Shown piece by piece: positions 26,386 to 34,807 of a DNA stretch of 37,239 nucleotides. Position numbers and translations under genes: made by a program. Each line of letters starts with the position of its first letter. Positions within the stretch are counted from its first letter, which is position 1. This DNA comes from an uncultured Gammaproteobacteria bacterium. GTDB taxonomy: Bacteria > Patescibacteriota > Microgenomatia > Levybacterales > UBA12049. The notes beneath the pieces are model-generated. The model worked only from the letters and a program-made list of their open reading frames with translations. It was not told where the DNA came from and made no database searches. The DNA lies in NCBI GenBank assembly GCA_964408825.1, contig CAYPAU010000002.1, positions 34,589 through 71,827 on the forward strand, given 5' to 3'.

Positions 26386-26464
26386 CCATGATAAATAGAA
26401 TTCTATCCTAACCACTTACAGACCGGATCGCTTGATTTCCCACCCCAACCAGAGTTCTTGTTCG

Positions 26465-26492
26465 TGTAGTGATGTATTGATACATCACTACA
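26465..26492. repeat. GTAG-initiated REP-like palindrome
   Basis: TGTAGTGATGTAT-TG-ATACATCACTACA. Confidence 0.6.
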
Positions 26493-26557
26493 AAATTCTT
26501 GCTCAAATAAATCTAAAAGAATTTTTCCTTTTTCTGTGGGCGTGGTATAATTTCTGA

Positions 26558-26977
26558 ATGAAACGGCAAGTGATTACTGCGTGTGTTTTTCTTCATAAAG
26601 ACGGCAAAGCTTTTATTGGCAAACGTTCTAAGACAAAGTCATTTTTGCCTGGAAAATGGGAATTGCCCGGCGGTCATGTAGAATTTGGTGAAACTCTTGA
26701 GGAGTGTTTAAGACGAGAACTGCGGGAGGAATTTGATATGGAAATAATACTGGGAAAGCCGTATTTCGAATTTACCTACCCAATGAACGATGGGAACGAC
26801 CATGTAATAGAAGTGTTATATCTCGCTCAAATGGAAAATCCAGATCAAGAAATTAAGCTTAGAGCGGAAGACCACGAGGATTATAAATGGATTTCAGAAG
26901 ATCAAATTGATAAGTATTTCAAAGACAATGATGACGAAGGGGCTGCTATAAGAAAAGGATTTCAAGCTCTGGTATAA
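26558..26977 (+). CDS. NUDIX hydrolase
   Basis: WELPGGHVEFGETLEECLRRELREE Nudix box. Confidence 0.92.
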   Translation: MKRQVITACVFLHKDGKAFIGKRSKTKSFLPGKWELPGGHVEFGETLEECLRRELREEFDMEIILGKPYFEFTYPMNDGNDHVIEVLYLAQMENPDQEIKLRAEDHEDYKWISEDQIDKYFKDNDDEGAAIRKGFQALV

Positions 26978-26984
26978 TTTCCCC

Positions 26985-27395
26985 ATGAAAGCAAGAGTTA
27001 TTGTCTCCATAATTATTAAAAGAAATGGGGACTATCTTTTTGGGAGAAAAGATAAGGGGATAGGTCCGTACCCTGACACGTGGCACAATCTTGGCGGCGG
27101 AGTAGATCTTAAGAAGGAGAATCTTGAAGAAGGAGCAAAAAGAGAGGTAAAAGAAGAGGCGGGAATTGAAATAAAAAACTTGAAAAGATTGTTGTTTGAT
27201 GAAGATTATGAACCCGACAAGAAAGGAACAAAAACACATTTCCTATTTCTGGTTTTCGAAGCCGAATATAAATCCGGGGAATTAAAAGCAGGGGATGATA
27301 TCAGGGAACTTAGGTGGTTTAAGAAGAAAGAGCTTAAAAATATTCCTCTAACAAGACCAACAATTAAATTATTTAAAGAGCTAGGTATTATTTAG
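26985..27395 (+). CDS. NUDIX hydrolase
   Basis: GGGVDLKKENLEEGAKREVKEEAG Nudix box. Confidence 0.92.
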   Translation: MKARVIVSIIIKRNGDYLFGRKDKGIGPYPDTWHNLGGGVDLKKENLEEGAKREVKEEAGIEIKNLKRLLFDEDYEPDKKGTKTHFLFLVFEAEYKSGELKAGDDIRELRWFKKKELKNIPLTRPTIKLFKELGII

Positions 27396-27482
27396 ATCTT
27401 ACTTTCCAAGGGCAGACACCATGATATAGTTCTTCATTTTTTTCTTGACAACCGGCGTTGTTGCGGTTATCCTAAAATGTAG

Positions 27483-28139
27483 ATGAAAGTTGTTCTCCTA
27501 ATCTTTTTGCTTCTTTTTTCCGTTTTTTCATTTGGCGTGCCTGCCTCTTACTCTAAGAATAGTACTGAAAGCTCGACTAGAAGAGGGAATATTAAAGAGG
27601 CAAGGGAAGAGTTCTTGGAAAAACGACAAAATATCCGTGAGGAAGTTAAGGAGGAAAGAGAAGCGGCAAGAGAAGAGTTTAAGGCAAAAAGGGAAGAGTT
27701 TAAATTAAAGCTTCAAAGCCTTAAAGACGAGCGGAAAAAATTGGTTGTTCAGAGGATTGACACCCGGCTTGCGCAGATAAATTCCAATAGTACGGACAGG
27801 ATGGGAAATGTTCTTGAGAAATTAAATGGAATTCTTTCAAAAATTGAAAGTAAAACCAATGAGGCATCGGCAAGCGGCAAGGATGTTTCTGAAGTTGAAA
27901 GCGCAATAGAGGATGCAAAAACCGCAATTGCAACTGCCGAGAACGCCGTAAGCGAGCAGGCAGGCAAGGAATATGTAATAAATATCGAAGATGAAGCGAC
28001 GCTTAAAAATGTTGTCGGACAAACGGTAAGCCAACTTCGTTTGGATTTGCGAGATGTCCACAAATTGGTAGTTGATGCAAAGCAAGCGGTAAGAAAAGCA
28101 GCTAAAGAACTTGCTAAAATAAATTCTGCAGAAAAATAA
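27483..28139 (+). CDS. Secreted coiled-coil protein
   Basis: Signal peptide then E/K/R heptads; TTGACA upstream. Confidence 0.8.
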   Translation: MKVVLLIFLLLFSVFSFGVPASYSKNSTESSTRRGNIKEAREEFLEKRQNIREEVKEEREAAREEFKAKREEFKLKLQSLKDERKKLVVQRIDTRLAQINSNSTDRMGNVLEKLNGILSKIESKTNEASASGKDVSEVESAIEDAKTAIATAENAVSEQAGKEYVINIEDEATLKNVVGQTVSQLRLDLRDVHKLVVDAKQAVRKAAKELAKINSAEK

Positions 28140-28141
28140 TT

Positions 28142-28507
28142 ATGGATCCAAAAACAAATAGCGCTCAAAATACCAGTTCTGCCCCGGCACAAACTCCGAC
28201 TCAGCCGGCAGTTACTCCTCCGGTCCAAAGTGCTCCGCCTATTGTTCCTTCCTCCCAAAATCCAGCGCCTGAAAAAAAGGGAAAAATGCTTTACATCTTA
28301 ATTGCAATTGTAGTTTTAATCCTTGTAGGTGCGGGGGTGTTTATACTTACGGGAAATAAAAGCCAAAATACTTCTGTCCCAAGTCAGGCGACCGAGAAGT
28401 CCGAAGAAACGCAAGTAAGTCCCGAAGAGGCGGAAGTTGACAGCGTGACAGTAGACGATCCCCAGAAAGACTTTACAGATGTAGACAAAGACCTCCAGGA
28501 ACTTTAG
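28142..28507 (+). CDS. Single-pass membrane protein, Pro-rich N-terminus
   Basis: TM LYILIAIVVLILVGAGVFIL; acidic C-terminus. Confidence 0.78.
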   Translation: MDPKTNSAQNTSSAPAQTPTQPAVTPPVQSAPPIVPSSQNPAPEKKGKMLYILIAIVVLILVGAGVFILTGNKSQNTSVPSQATEKSEETQVSPEEAEVDSVTVDDPQKDFTDVDKDLQEL

Positions 28508-28512
28508 GGTAG

Positions 28513-30123
28513 TTAGAGCTCGCAGGAGCTTTCAGTTTCGGCAGTACAGGTATCTGTTCCACTTCCACCCTTAGCATCATCAATTCCAGCTTCACCGTCT
28601 ATCACATCATGTCCTGAGCCGCCTCTTAAATCATCATTACCATCTCCGCCAAATAAATTATCGTTTCCACTATCTCCGTCTAGCCTATCATTTCCGTCCT
28701 GGCCAATTAGTACATCCTTTCCTGATCCACCAAAGGCTTTATCATCCCCCAAGCCTCCCACCAGACAGTCCTCAGCTGCGCCGCCAGTAAGCTTATCATC
28801 TCCGCCATAGGCAAAAATTAAATCGCGACCTGCTCCGCCATTTAAATTATCGTTTCCGTTTGTTCCCTGAATAATTTTGTAGTTTGCGATATTACCGGTA
28901 CAGTTTTGGGGAAGCGTTGGCGGATGTTCATATGAACCGCTATCACAACCTGCACCCTGTGGTCTTCCTACCCCACGCTGATCAGTACTGACAGTGCAGG
29001 AGGCAACCGGTACCAGGTCGATGGCCGGACTTGCCGGAAGTAATGCATGAGTCTGTGTGGGCCCGCCATTGTTTGCAAGTGAACCAACCAAAGGATTAGT
29101 GCTATTCAAATCGCCGGTTCCTGAAAGGGAACACGAAGCATCGCTTGCTATATTGTATCCCAAGGAAGTGATGCCTCCGGCGCAATCATCGGATGAAGTT
29201 GCTGCAGTATTTGCGGCAAGTATTGAATTTTTTAAGTTCATTGTCCCGCCAAAATTCCAGATCCCGCCGCCATTATCTGTTGCGATATTATTGGCAATTG
29301 TAGCATGAGTGAAGTTTACAGTTCCGAATCTATTGAAAACACCGCCGCCGTTGAGCGCCGTGTTTCCGCTGATAGTGCTGTTTATGATATTAATCGTCGG
29401 ATCTTGGCCAAGAACGCCACCACCGCGTCCGGTCGTAGTATTGCCACTAATAGTAATTCTGTTCAATGTTACTATTCCTCCAGTGTCGCTATAGATGCCT
29501 CCGCCGCCATGGCTCGTATCTGGACTAGTTGCATTGTTGTTACTGATAGTGCTATCAATTACTGTCAGCGTTCCCGTAGCCGTATTAAAAATTCCTCCGC
29601 CGCCAAAAGTAGCAATACAGTTGTTGGTAACGGTGCTGTTGTTAATTGTTAAAGTGCCCCGATTCAAAACGCCACTCCTGTTGCCATTTTGAACGGTTAC
29701 TTTATCGATTGTGACCGTCGCTCCCGGGTGAATTTCAAAGACCCTATCAATGCCGCCGCCATCTATGATGGTGGTGCTATTACCGGCTCCGTTAATTGAC
29801 AAGTTCGAGATGATATCAAGATCTCCGGTCACGTTTACATTTTCGCCTGCACCTGGAATACTAAGCGTATAGGTGCCTGCAGGTAAAACGATTGTATCGG
29901 TTCCGCTACCGACTGTGCAGCTATCAACAGCGGCGTTTAAATTAGCCGATTGAATAGCTTCTCTGAGCGAGCAATCACCGTCTGAGTTAAGTTCATCGTC
30001 AGTTGTATTCACAACAATATTTGCCGCAAAGATTTTCTGGTTTTGAGACATGAGAAGAAAAATAAGAAGCGGTACTATTAATAGAAGAATGCTTAGAATA
30101 GATTTAGTTTTCAAGTTAATCAT
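28513..30123 (-). CDS. CSLREA-domain beta-helix surface protein with C-terminal RTX-type Ca-binding repeats
   Basis: VNTTDD..DGDCSLREAI, GGGI repeats, DQRGV.RPQGAGCDSGSYE, multiple GGxGxD nonapeptides. Confidence 0.88.
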   Translation of the reverse strand: MINLKTKSILSILLLIVPLLIFLLMSQNQKIFAANIVVNTTDDELNSDGDCSLREAIQSANLNAAVDSCTVGSGTDTIVLPAGTYTLSIPGAGENVNVTGDLDIISNLSINGAGNSTTIIDGGGIDRVFEIHPGATVTIDKVTVQNGNRSGVLNRGTLTINNSTVTNNCIATFGGGGIFNTATGTLTVIDSTISNNNATSPDTSHGGGGIYSDTGGIVTLNRITISGNTTTGRGGGVLGQDPTINIINSTISGNTALNGGGVFNRFGTVNFTHATIANNIATDNGGGIWNFGGTMNLKNSILAANTAATSSDDCAGGITSLGYNIASDASCSLSGTGDLNSTNPLVGSLANNGGPTQTHALLPASPAIDLVPVASCTVSTDQRGVGRPQGAGCDSGSYEHPPTLPQNCTGNIANYKIIQGTNGNDNLNGGAGRDLIFAYGGDDKLTGGAAEDCLVGGLGDDKAFGGSGKDVLIGQDGNDRLDGDSGNDNLFGGDGNDDLRGGSGHDVIDGEAGIDDAKGGSGTDTCTAETESSCEL

Positions 30124-30247
30124 TCTTTCACCATAACTTTTACATTATTAAAATCCTTTTGTCAACTATTTTTGTGTAATAAAAGTGTGAGAAAAAGCTG
30201 TTATTAACCCCTTTATAATAATCAGGTTGTATGTTTAAATATGGGAT

Positions 30248-30322
30248 ATGAATCCCGTTAAAGATCGATTTTATTATGTTTATGTACTCCAAAGTTTAAA
30301 GAGTAAGAAGTGGTATACTGGA
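30248..30322 (+). pseudogene. N-terminal remnant of a small GIY-YIG nuclease
   Basis: ATG 30248 reads MNPVKDRFYYVYVLQSLKSKKWYTG, then loses similarity and stops at 30361 inside ychF. Confidence 0.65.
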
Positions 30323-30326
30323 CGGG

Positions 30327-31403
30327 ATGAATCTATCAGTCGGGATTGTGGGACTTCCTAACGTAGGGAAGTCAACACTTTTTAATGCACTTTTAAAAAA
30401 GCAACAGGCATTGGTTGCCGATTATCCCTTTACAACAATTGAACCAAATGTCGGAGTAGTTCCTGTCCCTGATGAAAATCTTGAAAAAATTGCAAAGATT
30501 GTTGGTGCTGAGATCGCTCGGCAAACACATGTTGAAAATGACGCTCGCTCAAGTTTTTCACAAAAACAAAATTTGCCCCGCTCGCTAAGTGAAAGCCTTT
30601 TTAAAAATAAGAATTTAAAAAGTAGTAAAGATCAGACGCCTTTCAGTTCATTTTCAAATGGTTTGCCTTCACTTACTCCACCCATTGTCCCCTCAACCGT
30701 AAAATTTATTGATATCGCAGGACTTGTAAAAGGAGCACACGAGGGTGAAGGGTTGGGAAATAAGTTCCTCTCTCACATAAGAGAAGTTTCGGCAATTGCT
30801 CATATTGTTAAATTGTTCAATGATCAAGATCAAAAAAAAGTTTTGGAAGATTACGAGATCATTAAATTGGAGTTAGAGCTGGGGGGAATTGAGGGGAAAC
30901 CTGAAATAATTGTTTTAAACGTTGCGGAGAATGAATATAAAATTGATACGATTCAAAAGCTTTGTTCCGATTACATGAGAATTTTCAATTTAGACAGAGA
31001 CGATATAGTCGTAATTTCTGCAAAAATAGATTCGGAACTTTCAGGACTTTCAGATAGGGAACAGAAAGAATATCTTTCATCGCTGGGGCTTCCTTATTCA
31101 GGACTTGAAAGGCTTATAAAAAAAGCATATGAAATGCTCAATTTGATTTCTTTTTACACTACCAAGGGAGGGAAAGAAGTCCATTCTTGGCCTATAAAAA
31201 GGGGAACAAAGGCAATTGAGGCCGCGGGAGAGATTCATACAGATTTTTCCAAAAACTTTATAAAGGCAGAAGTTATTTCTTGCGAAGATTTTATAAAAAT
31301 AGAGGGATGGAAAGAGGCAAGAGAGGCGGGAAAAACCAGACTCGAAGGCAAAGATTACATTGTAAAAGACGGCGACGTAATCGAGTTTAAAATCGGATCT
31401 TAA
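30327..31403 (+). CDS. ychF: YchF/Ola1 ATPase with a ~55 aa in-frame insertion and shortened helical domain
   Basis: GIVGLPNVGKST, YPFTTIEPN, DIAGLVKGA..GEGLGNKFL, TGS domain EGKDYIVKDGD. Confidence 0.95.
   Translation: MNLSVGIVGLPNVGKSTLFNALLKKQQALVADYPFTTIEPNVGVVPVPDENLEKIAKIVGAEIARQTHVENDARSSFSQKQNLPRSLSESLFKNKNLKSSKDQTPFSSFSNGLPSLTPPIVPSTVKFIDIAGLVKGAHEGEGLGNKFLSHIREVSAIAHIVKLFNDQDQKKVLEDYEIIKLELELGGIEGKPEIIVLNVAENEYKIDTIQKLCSDYMRIFNLDRDDIVVISAKIDSELSGLSDREQKEYLSSLGLPYSGLERLIKKAYEMLNLISFYTTKGGKEVHSWPIKRGTKAIEAAGEIHTDFSKNFIKAEVISCEDFIKIEGWKEAREAGKTRLEGKDYIVKDGDVIEFKIGS
30504..30682 (+). mobile_element. ~150-bp structured repeat element, copy 3 (in-frame in ychF)
   Basis: ATGACGCTCGC 30538-30548, CCGCTCGCTAAGTGAAAG 30578-30595, CTTTCAGTTCAT 30640-30651; GGCAAAC/GTTTGCC terminal stem. 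Confidence 0.85.
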
Positions 31404-31422
31404 AAGATGTGCAAGAGATATG

Positions 31423-31830
31423 TTATATTGCGAGGTTTAGTTTGAATGGATGTGGCTGGACTTTTCCGCTATGAATTGAATTTTCAATCCAATCTATTAG
31501 AGCATCACAAGGAGCAGTTCGGTCATCCTTAAATTCAAGAAACGGTCTGACGTCAATTGCTGCCTTCTGCCCGCTTAAGGTGATATTGAGACTCGGAAGA
31601 CTGAAGTGCTGCAAGCCCTCTTTTGTTACACTGAAATAAATTCCTTGAAATCTTACTCCGAAGGATGTTTCAACCGAACGGGAAAGTTTCGTAACGGTTA
31701 TAGTTGAACCATCCTTTAAAACAACTTCTCTTCGATCGATTGGGGATTCCTCCTCGGGGGCTGGCATTTTTGAATAGACTTCTTCAAGTCTTGCAAAGGG
31801 CGTTGAGGATGGTTTATCTTTCTCCTTCAT
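31423..31830 (-). CDS. Hypothetical protein
   Basis: 135 aa ORF; TTGACA-17-TAAAAT-7-ATG on - strand. Confidence 0.75.
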   Translation of the reverse strand: MKEKDKPSSTPFARLEEVYSKMPAPEEESPIDRREVVLKDGSTITVTKLSRSVETSFGVRFQGIYFSVTKEGLQHFSLPSLNITLSGQKAAIDVRPFLEFKDDRTAPCDALIDWIENSIHSGKVQPHPFKLNLAI

Positions 31831-31871
31831 GTTGCAGATTTTAGTGAAAATAGATTACAATGTCAACCTAT

Positions 31872-32420
31872 TTAAGGAACTATTAAATTATAGTTTGAGA
31901 CGAGGATGATTTTTTCGATTTCATTTTGCGAGTTTAATTTAAAGCCTGCAACATAATTATCAGAGGAAATTCCGATAATCATATCAGAAGAGAAGTTTTC
32001 GGGGTTGTTTTGAATAAGTTTTGCGCGGATGGAGTTTTTTTCTGAAAAATCCCATGTTCCCTTGCTTGACTCAAGATATGACATTTGTGCAGTTGCTTCC
32101 GAGCGAGTTATCATTCCGCAGCACTCACTGGCATACAAAATTAAAGAAACATTATCTTTCATGTAGCCTTCCAAAGCCTGATAGTTTTTGGTATTTATAG
32201 AAGCTTGTATATTTTCTGAAACCCAAGCCTTGCTGTTTTTTGGAGTTGGAGAAGGGGATAGATTATCAAGAATTTTAGTCGGAGTTTGGGTTTGATTTTC
32301 TTGCGGAGTCAGAGTCGGTGCGGGAGAGACTTTATTCTGATTTTTTCCAAAAAAATAAGCTCCTGTTAAAAACCCGATTAAAACTATTGCGACAGCAAGC
32401 CCCAAAATGAAGTTTTTCAT
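31872..32420 (-). CDS. Membrane-anchored secreted protein with Pro/Thr linker
   Basis: N-terminal TM, PTLTP linker, globular domain with ASECCG. Confidence 0.8.
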   Translation of the reverse strand: MKNFILGLAVAIVLIGFLTGAYFFGKNQNKVSPAPTLTPQENQTQTPTKILDNLSPSPTPKNSKAWVSENIQASINTKNYQALEGYMKDNVSLILYASECCGMITRSEATAQMSYLESSKGTWDFSEKNSIRAKLIQNNPENFSSDMIIGISSDNYVAGFKLNSQNEIEKIILVSNYNLIVP

Positions 32421-32514
32421 AACTTACTTATAACACAAATAACTATGAAAAACAAAGAAAAGGTAGCGAAACTGTCCCGCCGTTAAGAATGTGTTAGTGG
32501 AGTTTGAGTGATTC

Positions 32515-32540
32515 TGTCTAATATATTAATATATTAGACA
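32515..32540. repeat. Perfect 26-bp AT-rich palindrome upstream of rpsF
   Basis: TGTCTAATATATT|AATATATTAGACA. Confidence 0.7.
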
Positions 32541-32634
32541 ATGGTAGAGGTGATGATTTTAAAAGTTTTATTAAGGTTTGTTTATTAAAGTTGCTTATTG
32601 AAATTTAAATATAAACTTGATAGGATTAAAAACC

Positions 32635-33066
32635 ATGAGAGCATATGAATTGACATTGGTTTTGAAACCAACGCTTAAAGAAGAAGAGCGAAAGAAACTT
32701 CTAACAACCGTAAAAGGTTATTTTGATAACCCGAATATCGTCAGGGAAAGTGGATGGGGGCAAAAAACTCTCTCCTATCCTATAAAAAAGGAGGTTTCGG
32801 GATATTACGTTCAGGTTGTTCTTGAGATGGAAAACACACTTCCCTCAGATCTTGAGAGAAGACTTCTTACGAACAATAATGTCCTACGCCATCTATTGCT
32901 TAAAACCAGAGAAACAGAGAGCTCCTCCTCCGCCAAGGCTTCGGAGGACAAGCAAAAGTCAAAAATAGACGAGAAGGCAAAAGTTCAAGAACCAAAGAAA
33001 AAAGTTTCAGAGAAAAAAGCGGCAACGAAGCCTAAGAAAGCTATAAAAAAGACTAAAAAGAAATAG
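32635..33066 (+). CDS. rpsF: 30S ribosomal protein S6 with Lys-rich tail
   Basis: MRAYEL, WGQKTLSYPIKK, VLRHL; rpsF-ssb-rpsR order. Confidence 0.93.
   Translation: MRAYELTLVLKPTLKEEERKKLLTTVKGYFDNPNIVRESGWGQKTLSYPIKKEVSGYYVQVVLEMENTLPSDLERRLLTNNNVLRHLLLKTRETESSSSAKASEDKQKSKIDEKAKVQEPKKKVSEKKAATKPKKAIKKTKKK
32926..32948. repeat. Mini-palindrome in-frame in the rpsF tail
   Basis: TCCTCCG-CCAAGGCTT-CGGAGGA encodes SSAKASED. Confidence 0.65.
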
Positions 33067-33145
33067 AAAGTGCTAATTGTTAAAATAGTTAAATTGTTAT
33101 ATTGTTAAACTAGCTACTAGCAACTAGTAACTAGCCACTAGTTTT

Positions 33146-33652
33146 ATGGCAAGAAGTCTAAATAGAGTACAATTAATAGGAAATCTCACACGGGATCCGG
33201 AGCTTCGTTATACCCCAAACGGCACAGCAGTTTGTTCCTTCTCTATTGCCACCAACAGAAATTGGACAACTGAATCGGGAGAAAAAAGAGAAGAGGCGGA
33301 ATTTCATAGGATAGTTGCATGGAATAAACTTGCCGAAATCTGTTCTCAATTTTTGGTAAAGGGAAGAAAGGTTTATGTAGAGGGGAGACTATCGACGCGA
33401 AACTGGAATGCACAGGACGGAACACAGAGAACTACGACTGAGATAATCATAAACGACATGATTCTTCTTGATTCAAGGCGGGCAGAAGAGGAGAAGATTG
33501 AAGGGGATGTCGAGACTAAGGATGAAGTTAGGAAGGCAAAGTCAGAAGAAAAGCCCAAATCAAAAAAAGAAAAGTCAAAAAAAGAAGCGGAAGAAGATGA
33601 AAAAGAAGCACCTTTGGAAGAAGAAGTTTCCCCGGATGATATCCCGTTCTAA
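33146..33652 (+). CDS. ssb: Single-stranded DNA-binding protein
   Basis: LNRVQLIGNLTRDPELRYT, VYVEGRL, C-terminal DDIPF. Confidence 0.97.
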   Translation: MARSLNRVQLIGNLTRDPELRYTPNGTAVCSFSIATNRNWTTESGEKREEAEFHRIVAWNKLAEICSQFLVKGRKVYVEGRLSTRNWNAQDGTQRTTTEIIINDMILLDSRRAEEEKIEGDVETKDEVRKAKSEEKPKSKKEKSKKEAEEDEKEAPLEEEVSPDDIPF

Positions 33653-33772
33653 CTACTAACTACTCACAACTAACAGATAAAACGATTAACAGTTGTAAAA
33701 GATGCCTTAAATTGTTAAAATTGTTAGATCTTACTAGTCAATAGTAAATTGTCAATAGTCAATTGTTGAATT

Positions 33773-34015
33773 ATGGCAAAGAAGAGAAGACAAATAAGAG
33801 TAATTCGAGTAAAGGAGGCTTGCTATTTCTGTAAGGAGGGAAAAACTCCCACATTTCAAGATGTGCAGACCCTAAGAAGATTCTTATCCGAGAGAAATAA
33901 GATTATTTCAAGGGCCAGAACCGGTCTTTGCGCAAGACATCAGGGAGATCTTGCAAAGGGTATAAAGCATGCAAGGCATTTGGCGCTTTTGCCGTTTACT
34001 ACGAGCCAATTTTAA
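33773..34015 (+). CDS. rpsR: 30S ribosomal protein S18 (Cys-containing form)
   Basis: CYFC, RARTGLCARHQ, IKHARHLALLP. Confidence 0.95.
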   Translation: MAKKRRQIRVIRVKEACYFCKEGKTPTFQDVQTLRRFLSERNKIISRARTGLCARHQGDLAKGIKHARHLALLPFTTSQF

Positions 34016-34021
34016 TAGCGT

Positions 34022-34807
34022 ATGACTTCGCTGTCCATAAATCTTCCACAAGGTTTTATTTCAAAAGTAAAGGTAGGGGAAAAGGTAGTCTCAGGACAAG
34101 TAATTGCCGGGAAAAACATTGTTGGCGTTGATCATGAAATAAATTTATTCAATGTTCTTCAAATAGACCCAGCACATGCTGGAAAAATTCTCGTAAAAAG
34201 AGCAGGGGATAAGGTTAGCGAGGGAAGTGTTGTTGCCATTAAAAAAGGCACGCTTTCGATCGGCGCAAGGAGAGCAGTGAGCCCTGTTGCGGGGACAATT
34301 TTTAAATTTGATGAAGACTCAGGGATCCTAACGATAAGATCGACAGAGGAGGCAAAGATAGAAGATATTTTTTCTCCTGTTGATGGGGAAGTTGAGTTAT
34401 GCGATAATGAGAAAATCGTTCTTAAAACGACCGAAGAAGTTTTTGTTGCCCAAGATGCTATAGGGCAGGGCAATATTTCGGGAACCTTACTTTTTTTAAA
34501 GGACGAAACAGTAGAAGGCTCCGATATTAAATCGGACGTTAAAGGGAAAATTGTCGCAGGAAAAATTCTAACAAGAGAAGCTCTTGCAAAATCATTAGGA
34601 CTCGGGGCGCAGGGTCTCATCGCCCAAAAAATAATGGGAGAGGACTTGGAGGATCTTAGAAAAAGACTGATAGGAACGCCAATTTTTATAGTAGAGGAAA
34701 AAGATTTTGAAAAGATCCAGAAATCCTGCCTGCCGGCAGGCAGGGCTGAAGGGAAAAAAGTTTTTCTTGAGCCCGGTAAAAAAACCATCCTACTTTTGAA
34801 GAAATGA
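34022..34807 (+). CDS. Hypothetical protein with repeated barrel-sandwich hybrid-like motifs
   Basis: VKVGEKV, GDKVSEG, SPVAGTI, SPVDGEV. Confidence 0.7.
   Translation: MTSLSINLPQGFISKVKVGEKVVSGQVIAGKNIVGVDHEINLFNVLQIDPAHAGKILVKRAGDKVSEGSVVAIKKGTLSIGARRAVSPVAGTIFKFDEDSGILTIRSTEEAKIEDIFSPVDGEVELCDNEKIVLKTTEEVFVAQDAIGQGNISGTLLFLKDETVEGSDIKSDVKGKIVAGKILTREALAKSLGLGAQGLIAQKIMGEDLEDLRKRLIGTPIFIVEEKDFEKIQKSCLPAGRAEGKKVFLEPGKKTILLLKK
34725..34744. repeat. Perfect 20-bp GC palindrome, in-frame
   Basis: CCTGCCTGCC|GGCAGGCAGG encodes CLPAGR. Confidence 0.85.
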
